This document shows positions 40,501 through 51,300 of a stretch of DNA of 64,000 bases, piece after piece. Origin of the DNA: Balanoglossus misakiensis (Eukaryota; Animalia; Hemichordata); the NCBI GenBank assembly GCA_040954595.2, contig CM082592.2, forward strand, positions 1,178,001 to 1,242,000, written 5' to 3'. The notes under the pieces were generated by a model. That model ran no database searches and was not told the origin of the DNA. It saw only the letters and a list, made by a program, of their open reading frames with translations. Every line of letters begins with the position of its first letter. The first letter of the stretch is position 1. The position numbers and the translations under genes are program-made.

Positions 40501-43500
40501 CTTTGACCACTGTAGCAAGTTTGAGCAGTGTACCTGCAGTAGTTTCAGAGATTTAGTTGGCCGAAGAATTGACACAAGAATAAAGAAAGAAAGAAAAATT
40601 CCAACGAAACCAATAGGGCCCAAGCGCTTGCGCGCGCTTGGGCCCTAAAAAACCCCAACGAAACCAATAGGGCCCAAGCGCTGCTGTGCGCTTGGGCCCT
40701 AATTAAAGCTGCGAGCAGCATTGTCGGGCCCAAGCGCTGATCTCGAATTATATATGCACAGTATGAATGAGAAGAAACAAAATTTTCTATCGGGTGTATT
40801 ATCTCATGACATAACAAGGACGTGTGTATTTTTGCTGCTGAAATAGGGTGAAGTATGTCAAAGGTCACTTGAGGTCACCCAACATTTGGGCAAATTTTTT
40901 TGACCCATACTGGTCCATGTCCAACAAAAACCAAAACTCTAGCTCTATTGGTTCGCATGTAATTAGGTATGTGCATATTTAATGAGGTCAGCAGGTGTCA
41001 CAGGTGACCCAAAAATGTGGCTTTACATTTTGGTCCCATCCTGCCAAATGCCAGGGATGTATCTGCTCTGGATGCTGAGATATGCGAAAGTAGGTCAAAG
41101 GTCACCAGAGGTCTTCCAAAATTTGGGCAAAAAATTTTGATCCCATACATGTCCATGTCCAACAAAAACCAAACCTCTAGCTCTATTGGTTCGCCTGTAA
41201 TTAGCTATGCACATAATTAATGAGGTCAGCAGAGGTCAAAGGGGTCATGAAAAGTAGCAAAATATTTTGATCACACACTAATCCACATGCATCAAAAACC
41301 AAACGTCTAGCCCTATAGGTTAGCCTTGAATTAGATATGCAGAAATAATAATGCGTGATAAGTAGGTCAAAGGTCATGTGAAAAATCGCCAAAAATTTGT
41401 AACATATTTTAGTCATATGACGATTGATATCCATGAAAAGAATTTGTATGCTATCAATTTTTAGACTAGTAAAAGGAATTTCAATTTTTCACTGCTTTTT
41501 ACGAAATCCAATATGGCCGCCATAATCTTCGACCAATCACAATGCTCTTTGCAAACTTGATAGACATCAGTGTTGTGACCATACTCCCCGAATCTTGCGA
41601 CTCAGTTATCGCCAGTTCTGGAGTAGAAGATTTTTGCAGTTTTACTATGGTTTTTCGAAAATCCAATATGGCCGCCATAATCTTCGACCAATCACAATGC
41701 TATTTATCAAACTTGATAGACATCAGTTAGGTAACCACATACCCCAAACCGCGTCACTCGGTTATCACCGGTTCTGGAGAAGAAGATTTTTGAAATTTAA
41801 GCCAGATTTCAGAAAAAAAATTGTAGCAAAAAAACTGCAACATTTACAGCAAAATATCCAATTACAAAAATGATGGGTAGAAGGTAGACTACCTGCACAC
41901 CAAATTTGAAGTCCATCTGACTTGTAGTTTCTGAGATCTGAGATTTGCATTTGTTCAGAAAATCCAATATGGCCGCCAGGTCACGTGACTAATTAAAAAT
42001 TCAAGGGTTCAGTGCACGACTACTCATTGACCTTGACCACTGTAGCAAGTTTGAAAACTGTACCTGCAGTGGTGTCTGAGATCTAGAGCGACAAAGAAGT
42101 GAACCAAGAATAAAGAAAGAAAGAAAGATTAAAGCTGCGAGCAGCATTGTCGGGCCCAAGCGCTGATCTTGAATTACATATGCACAGTATGAATGAGAAA
42201 AAACAGAATTTTCTATCGGATGTATTATCTCATGACATAACAAGGATGTGTGTATTTTTGCTGCTGAAATAGGGTGAAGTAGGTCAAAGGTCACCTGAGG
42301 TCACCCAACATTTGGGCAATTTTTTTGACCCATACTGGTCCATGTCCAACAAAAACCAAAACTCTAGCTCTATTGGTTCGTCTGTAATTAGGTATGTGCA
42401 TATTTAATGAGGTCAGCAGGTGTCACAGGTGACCCAAAAATGTGGCTTTACATTTTGGTCCCATCCTACCAAATGCCATGGCTGTATCTGCTCTGGATGC
42501 TGAGATATGCGAAAGTAGGTCAAAGGTCACCAGAGGTCACCCAACATTTGGGCAAAAAATTTTGATCCCATACTGGTCCATGTCCAACAAAAACCAAACC
42601 TCTAGCTCTATTGGTTCGCCTGTAATAAGCTATGCACATAATTAATGAGGTCAGCAGAGGTCAAAGGGGTCATGAAAAGTAGCAAAATATTTTGATCACA
42701 CACTAATCCACATGCATCAAAAACCAAAAGTCTAGCCCTATAGGTTAGCCTGGAATTAGATATGCAGAAATAATAACGCGTGATAAGTAGGTCAAAGGTC
42801 ATGTGAAAAATTGCCAAAAATTTGTAACATATTTTAGTCACATGACGATTGATATCCATGAACAGAATTTAGATGCTATCAATTTTTAGACAAGGAAAAG
42901 GAATTTCAATTTTTCACTGCTTTTTACAAAATCCAATATGGCCGCCATAATCTTCGACCAATCACAATGCTCTTTGCAGACTTGATAGACATCAGTGTTG
43001 TGACCATACTCCCCGAATCTTGCGACTCAGTTATTGCCCGTTCTGGAGAAGAAGATTTTTGCAGTTTTACTATGGTTTTTCGAAAATCCAATATGGCCGC
43101 CATAATCTTCGACCAATCACAATGCTTCTTATCAAACTTGATAGACATCAGTTAGGTGACCACATACCCCAAACCGCGTCACTTGGTTATCACCGGTTCT
43201 GGAGAAGAAGATTTTTGAAATTTAAGCCAGATTTCAGAAAAAAAATTGTAGCAAAAAAACTGCAACATTTACAGCAAAATATCCAATTACAAAAATGATG
43301 GGTAGAAGGTAGACTACCTGCACACCAAATTTGAAGTCGATCTGACTTGTAGTTTCTGAGATCTGAGATTTGCATTTTTTCAGAAAATCCAATATGGCCG
43401 CCAGGTCACGTGACTAATTAAAAATTCAAGGGTTCAATGCACGACTACTCATTGACCTTGACCACTGTAGCAAGTTTGAAAACTGTACCTGCAGTGGTGT

Positions 43501-45001
43501 CTGAGATCTAGAGCGACAAAGAAGTGAACCAAGAATAAAGAAAGAAAGAAAGAAAGAAAGAAAGAATTAAAGCTGCGAGCAGCATTGTCGGGCCCAAACG
43601 CTGATCTTGAATTACATATGCACAGTATGAATGAGAAGAAACAGAATTTTCTATCGGATGTATTATCTCATGACATAACAAGGATGTGTGTATTTTGCTG
43701 CTGAAAATGGGTGAAGTAGGTCAAAGGTCACCTGAGGTCACCCAACATTTGGGCAATTTGTTTGACCCATACTGGTCCATGTCCAACAAAAACCAAAACT
43801 CTAGCTCTATTGGTTCGTCTGTAATTAGGTATGTGCATATTTAATGAGGTCAGCAGGTGTCACAGGTGACCCAAAAATGAGGCTTTACATTTTGGTCCCA
43901 TCCTACCAAATGCCATGGCTGTATCTGCTCTGGATGCTGAGATATGCGAAAGTAGGTCAAAGGTCACCAGAGGTCACCCAACATTTGGACAAAAATTTTT
44001 GATCCCATACTGGTCCATGTCCAACAAAAACCAAACCTCTAGCTCTATTGGTTCGCCTGTAATTAGCTATGCACATAATTAATGAGGTCAGCAGAGGTCA
44101 AAGGGGTCATGAAAAGTAGCAAAATATTTTGATCACACACTAATCCACATGCATCAAAAACCAAAAGTCTAGCCCTATAGGTTAGCCTGGAATTAGATAT
44201 GCAGAAATAATAACGCGTGATAAGTAGGTCAAAGGTCATGTGAAAAATCGCCAAAAATTTGTAACATATTTTAGTCATATGACGATTGATATCCATGAAC
44301 AGAATTTAGATGCTATCAATTTTTAGACAAGGAAAAGGAATTTCAATTTTTCACTGCTTTTTACAAAATCCAATATGGCCGCCATAATCTTCGACCAATC
44401 ACAATGCTCTTTGCAGACTTGATAGACATCAGTGTTGTGACCATACTCCCCGAATCTTGCGACTCAGTTATTGCCCGTTCTGGAGAAGAAGATTTTTGCA
44501 GTTTTACTATGGTTTTTCGAAAATCCAATATGGCCGCCATAATCTTCGACCAATCACAATGCTTCTTATCAAACTTGATAGACATCAGTTAGGTAACCAC
44601 ATACCCCAAACCGCGTCACTTGGTTATCACCGGTTCTGGAGAAGAAGATTTTTGAAATTTAAGCCAGATTTCAGAAAAAAAATTGTAGCAAAAAAACTGC
44701 AACATTTACAGCAAAATATCCAATCACAAAAATGATGGGTAGAAGGTAGACTACCTGCACACCAAATTTGAAGTCGATCTGACTTGTAGTTTCTGAGATC
44801 TGAGATTTGCATTTTTTCAGAAAATCCAATATGGCCGCCAGGTCACGTGACTAATTAAAAATTCAAGGGTTCAATGCACGACTACTCATTGACCTTGACC
44901 ACTGTAGCAAGTTTGAAAACTGTACCTGCAGTGGTGTCTGAGATCTAGAGCGACAAAGAAGTGAACCAAGAATAAAGAAAGAAAGAAAGAAAGAAAGAAA
45001 G

Positions 45002-45384
45002 AAAAACCCCAACGAAACCAATAGGGCCCAAGCGCTGCTGTGCGCTTGGGCCCTAAAAACCCCAACGAAACCAATAGGGCCCAAGCGCTGCTGTGCGCTT
45101 GGGCCCTAAAGAACCCCAACGAAACCAATAGGGCCCAAGCGCTGCTATGCGCTTGGGCCCTAAAAACCCCAACGAAACCAATAGGGCCCAAGCGCTGGTA
45201 TGGGCTTGGGCCCTAAAAATTCCAACGAAACCAATACGGGCCCAAGCCTGGCTTGGCTTGGGCCCGTAAAAAATTCCAACGAAACCAATACGGGCCCAAG
45301 CCTGGCTTGGCTTGGGCCCGTAAAGAAAGAAAAACCCCAACGAAACCAATACGGGCCCAAGCCTGGCTTGGCTTGGGCCCGTAA
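45002..45384. repeat. Terminal stack of 7 hairpin caps closing the cluster
   Basis: Loops TGCTGT x2, TGCTAT, TGGTAT, then 3 D-type caps; unrelated repeat follows. Confidence 0.95.
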
Positions 45385-48300
45385 TAAATTCTTTTCTTAG
45401 TTTCAAACGGGTAGAGATACTTTCCACACGGGTTTTCTGACATTGAATTCCCGTTCATCAACTCAGATTTCCTACAGCATAAGTCGGCTAAAACCCTGAC
45501 ACTCTAGAGCAGAAACAGTTGCACACTGGTAACGTTGAACAAGTCGATTTTTCTACGGCCTGGCTCGGCTAAATCTCCGTCACAATAGTCATGTTTCATA
45601 AGTCAGGTCCATGACATATGTACCGACATCTGTGATTGGTCCATCTGGTAATCTTAGGTCCACTTGAGGCACGGTGATTGGAGGGACCTTATGTGTTAGG
45701 TCTTATTATTATGTATTATTCACTAGACCTTGTAGGTTAGGTCTTATTACTATGTATTATTCACTTTACAGCTCCCTCATTGGTTAATGTGTAGGTCTGG
45801 TCCTCCAGTGTTCACTGCCTCATTATGCAGGACCTTGTAGGTTAGGTCTTATTAACATGCATTTATTCAATTTTCAGCTCCCTGATTGGTTAATGTGTAG
45901 GTCTCCAATTTTCACTGCCTCGTTATGCAAAGTCTTTTGTACTTTCTGAATACAGTTGTCGTATTCTGTCTGGCATGCTGCCTGCGCGTTGTCGAAGCTC
46001 GATCCCAGTGTATAAAGAAAGGCACTCATATAATGATTGGATTTAACCTTTCCTTCACTATTCATGGCATTTTTTTGTGATACTGTGAACTAGATACTCG
46101 AAATAAAAATTGCCAGGAGAATTTTTTTATTTTATTTCCAGTGGCGGTTTGTTGAAATGGGCTAGTGTTTTGTTACGTAATGCTTTTCAGCGCATCACTT
46201 CGTGTAACACCTGGCTGAATACGAAGTGTGTGCTATTCATTCGAGCAAACCAAAAATATCTTACAATAGAACTGTTTAGAATAGCATTGCATTTCTTTAA
46301 TTGGGATACCTCATTAGTTGCTTTACAGGTATGATTACTTTTATTGTACTTCTTTCACGAAGCTGCACCGTCATAGTTCCATTTTTATGAAAACAATATA
46401 CGAATGTATAAACGGACAACGTACTCCTTTTCACAACATCTACGTCAAAACAAATTTACTTTAAAATAGTAAAACAACAATAATAATATTGATGATGAGA
46501 AGTAGGAGGGTGATTTAAGAAAATATACAACTGTTAGCAAAAATGCTTAGATGTGTTAATCAGATTTTCAAAGTCCATCTAAAAATCATTTAATCTTTCC
46601 AGGGTGCGGTTTATGTTGGAGATAGTATCAGTCAGGCTATTTCTCAGAAAATTAATGAATGATCTGCGGACATCCCGAATAATGTGTTACCACAACGCTA
46701 GCCAGGAAGCACATGGGACATTTCACAATGAGGCAGTGAACACTGGGAAACCAGACTGACACGTTAACCAATCAGGGAGCTGTATGGTGAATAAATACAT
46801 ATTAATATGACCTAACCTACAAGGTCCTGTATTATGAGGCAGTGAACACATGGGGGACCAAACTGACACGTTAACCAATCAGGGAGCTGTAAAGCGAAAA
46901 ATGCATAGTAATAAGACCTAACCTACAAGGTCTAGTGAATAATACATAATAATAAGACCTAACCTACAAGGTCCCTCCAATCAGCGTGCCGCAAGTGGAC
47001 CTAAGAGAAGCGGATAAACCAATCATAACATGCAAAACATGTGTATAGGACGTGTAATGTAGGTCATTTTGAAACAGGACTAATATGACAGACACTAGCG
47101 TACGTTAGCAACGGTGATCAAGTCAGATTTTCTACGGCATGGCTTGGATAAAGCCCCGGCACTCTAGAGCAGAAACACGCGTACAGAGACCACGTTGATC
47201 AAGTCTGATCTCCTACGGCTTGGCTCGACTAAAACCCCGGCACACTATGACAGACACTAGCGTTCGTTAGCAACGTTGATCAAGTCAGATTTCCTACGGC
47301 ATGGCTTGGCTAAAGCCCTGGCACTCTAGACCAGAAACACGCGTACAGAGAACACGTTGATCAACTCACATTTCCTTCGGCCTGGCACGGCTGATGCCTC
47401 GGCACTAAATACAGGACACAGACTGGCGTAAGTTATCAACGGTGATTACGTCGGATTTCCTACGGCCTGGCTCTGCAAAAGACCCGACACTCTAGCACAA
47501 AGACGTTGGCTAAGTCGGACAAACCGAAGAGGTAAAGTCACAGCGGGTTGTTCGGGTAGGACTGCATTATTGCCCGTCAATTTATAGAGAAAGCCCGAAT
47601 TTAACCAGGGCGTTTCAAACACCGACGTTAGTTGGGGGCACGGCCTGCAGTACTGCCGGGTAAGCTGACATAGGCGTACCGCATGTAATGTAGGGGGGGG
47701 AACAGAACGGTTCAATACTACATTTATTAGATATCAGCTAATTTTGGACAATCATCTAAAATCTAAATCATTTTTTCATATTTGGATATCTGATGATGTA
47801 TGAAATTTCCATTATATGTAAAAATGGTGCTGATTATAAAAAATGCACTCTGAATGAGCTGATTTAATACAAAATTGCGTTTTATTCGTTTTTGCACCAA
47901 AAAGGTCATTTTTAGGCAAAACCTTCTTTATTTTTTTAATTCGGTGACCTTATCATATATAAACAATTGCTTGTATGTTAACAGTTTTTATGACTCTTAA
48001 AAGCAGTGACACTGGCGGCATTCAAGACGAAAATAACCATTTTAGCCACATTTTGGTCAAAAATGGTAAATTTTTGAAAATTACGAAAAATAACACTTTT
48101 CTACATTTTCGGTAAACTGATGGAGTATAGAATGCCCTTCGTATGTATATATCGATACAATTTCCACAAAAGACAGTCTAATTTGGCTCACTGCAGACAA
48201 AATTGCATGTTATCAAATTTTGCTTGAAAATGTCATTTTTAGAAAAACAATTAAAAAAAGCTTTAATTGTTCTTCGAATTCGGTGCCCTGATTATATATG

Positions 48301-51300
48301 ACATGTTCATTGTATGTTAAAAGTTTCGACCACTCCAAAAATGCAGAGATATTTTTTCGAAAAATTGTCTTTTTTACAAAATAAATAAGAATAAAATCTT
48401 TTCTTAGTTTCAAACGGGTAGAGATACTTTCCACACGGGTTTTCTAACATTGAATTCCCGTTCATCAACTCAGATTTCCTACAGCATAAGTCGGCTAAAA
48501 CCCTGACACTCTAGAGCAGAAACAGTTGCACACTGGTAACGTTGAACAAGTCGATTTTTCTACGGCCTGGCTCGGCTAAATCACCGTCACAATATGACAG
48601 ACACTAGCGTACGTTAGCAACGGTGATCAAGTCAGATTTTCTACGGCATGGCTTGGCTAAAGCCCTGGCACTCTAGAGCAGAAACACGCGTACAGAGACC
48701 ACGTTGATCTACTCACATTTCCTTCGGCCTGGCACGGCTGATGCCCCGGCACTAAATACAGGACACAGACTGGCGTAAGTTAACAACTGTAATCACGTCG
48801 GGATTCCTACGGCCTGGCTCAGCTGAAGCCCCGGCACTCTAGAGCAGAAACAGGCGTACATTGACCACGTTGATCAAGTCAGATTTCCTACGGCGTGACT
48901 CGGCTGGTGCACCGGCTCTATATGACACAGACTGGCGTAAGTTATCAACGGTGATTACGTCGGATTTCCTACGGCCTGGTTTAGCTGAAGCCCCGGCACT
49001 TTAGAGCGGAAACACGCGTACATTGACCACGATGATCAAGTCAGATCTCCTACGGCCTGGCTCGACTAAAACCCCGGCACACCATGACAGACACTAGCGT
49101 TCGTTACCAACGGTGATCAAGTCGGATTTCCTTCGGCCTGGCTCTGCAAAAGACCCGACACTCTAGTACAAAGACGTTGGCTAAGTCGGACAAACCGAAG
49201 AGGGAAAGTCACTGCAGGTCAACACTCGACATTTGTTCGGGTAGGACTGTATTATTGCCTGTCAATTTATAGAGAAAGCCCGAATTTAACCAGGGCGTTT
49301 CAAACACCGACGTTAGTTGGGGGCACGGCCTGCAGTACTGCCGGGTAAGCTGACATCGGCGTACCACATATAATGTAGGGGGGTGGGGGAAACAGAACGG
49401 TTCAATACTACATTTATTAGATATCAGCTAATTTTGGACAATCATCTAAAATCTAAATCATTTTTTTCATATTTGGATATCTGATGATGTATGAAATTTC
49501 CATTATATGTAAAAAATGGTGCTGATTATAAAAAAATGCACTCTGAATGAGCTGATTTAATACAAAATTGCGTTTTATTCGTTTTTGCACCAAAAAGGTC
49601 ATTTTTAGGCAAAACATTCTTTATTTTTTTAATTCGGTGACCTGATCATATATAAACAATTGCTTGTATGTTAAAAGTTTTTATCACTCTTAAAAGCAGT
49701 GACACTGGCGGCATTCAAGACGAAAATAACCATTTTAGCCCCATTTTGGTCAAAAATGGTAAATTTTTGAAAATTACGAAAAATAACACTTTTCTACGTT
49801 TTCGGTAATCTGATGGAGTATAGAATGCCCTTCGTATGTATATATCGATACAATTTCCACAAAAGACAGTCTAATTTGGCTCACTGCAGACAAAATTGCA
49901 TGTTATCAAATTTTGCTTGAAAATGTCATTATTAGAAAAACAATTAAAAAAACCTTTGTTCTTCGAATTTGGTGCCCTGATCATATATGACATGTTGATT
50001 GTATGTTAAAACTTTCGACCACTCCAAAAATGCAGAGATATTGACGGAATTAAAAAAAAATAGTCATTTTGGCCATATTTTGACAAAAATGGTAAATTTT
50101 TAAAAAATCATAAAAAATTAACTCTTTTCTTCATTTTCGGAAATATTATGGAGCATGAAGTGTCGTTCTCTTGTAAAAAGTGCTGCAAAATCCAGAAAAG
50201 GCGGTATAATTTGAATCACCCAAGACAAAATTACCATTTTATGACTTTTTTTCGAAAAATTGTCTTTTTTACAAAACAAATAAGAATAAATTCTTTTCTT
50301 AGTTTGAAACGGGTAGAGATACTTTCCACACGGGTTTTCTAACATTGAATTCCCGTTCATCAACTCAGATTTCCTACAGCATAAGTCGGCTAAAAGCCTG
50401 ACACTCTAGACCAGAAACACGCGTACAGAGACCACGTTGATCAAGTCTGATCTCCTACGGCTTGGCACGGCTGATGCCCCGGCACTAAATACAGGACACA
50501 GACTGGCGTAAGTTAACAACTGTAATCACGTCGGGATTCCTACGGCCTGGCTCAGCTGAAGCCCCGGCACTCTAGAGCAGAAACAGGCGTACATTGACCA
50601 CGTTGATCAAGTCAGATTTCCTACGGCGTGACTCGGCTGGTGCACCGGCTCTATATGACACAGACTGGCGTAAGTTATCAACGGTGATTACGTCGGATTT
50701 CCTACGGCCTGGTTTAGCTGAAGCCCCGGCACTTTAGAGCGGAAACACGCGTACATTGACCACGATGATCAAGTCAGATCTCCTACGGCCTGGCTCGACT
50801 AAAACCCCGGCACACCATGACAGACACTAGCGTTCGTTACCAACGGTGATCAAGTCGGATTTCCTTCGGCCTGGCTCTGCAAAAGACCCGACACTCTAGT
50901 ACAAAGACGTTGGCTAAGTCGGACAAACCGAAGAGGGAAAGTCACTGCAGGTCAACACTCGACATTTGTTCGGGTAGGACTGTATTATTGCCTGTCAATT
51001 TATAGAGAAAGCCCGAATTTAACCAGGGCGTTTCAAACACCGACGATAGTTGGGGGCACGGCCTGCAGTACTGCCGGGTAAGCTGACATCGGCGTACCGC
51101 ATATAATGTAGGGGGGTGGGGGAAACAGAACGGTTCAATACTACATTTATTAGATATCAGCTAATTTTGGACAATCATCTAAAATCTAAATCATTTTTTT
51201 CATATTTGGATATCTGATGATGTATGAAATTTCCATTATATGTAAAAAATGGTGCTGATTATAAAAAAATGCACTCTGAATGAGCTGATTTAATACAAAA

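Larger units (their letters stand above)
1..45384 (-). mobile_element. Cluster of recursively nested non-autonomous elements (29 heads plus one partial body, 37 hairpin caps); continues upstream of the window
   Basis: Heads AATTAAAGCTGC/AATATAGCTGC at about 559, 1994, 3663, 5095, 7276, 8690, 10123, 11548, 13221, 14627, 17171, 18599, 20030, 21205, 22328, 23766, 25192, 26963, 28376, 29776, 30945, 32645, 34047, 35697, 37584, 39173, 40701, 42128, 43565. Read on the minus strand each copy has TT, 5' subterminal IR GGGCCCAAGC with an adjacent inverted copy, a microsatellite, internal tandem subrepeats, 3' subterminal IR GCTTGGGCCC, a short stem-loop GCTGC-TT/TC-GCAGC and TT. This is the layout described for DINE-1/HINE (Helentron-associated) elements. 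The family assignment is inference. Confidence 0.85.

Noticed and set aside
1-45384. Simple satellite or higher-order repeat made by unequal crossing-over
   Set aside because: Does not explain the matched number, order and subtype of distant caps, or the split tracts that rejoin.
1-45384. Bacterial integron cassette array
   Set aside because: Units are homologous and non-coding, there is no intI, and the structure is nested rather than linear.
12-45461. Recurrent 60-130 aa ORFs (MALHFGP.., MQISDLRN.., MDINRH.., RAQAQASAWAL..)
   Set aside because: Translations of non-coding repeats: overlapping on both strands, often non-ATG starts, broken in sister copies, no recognisable domain.
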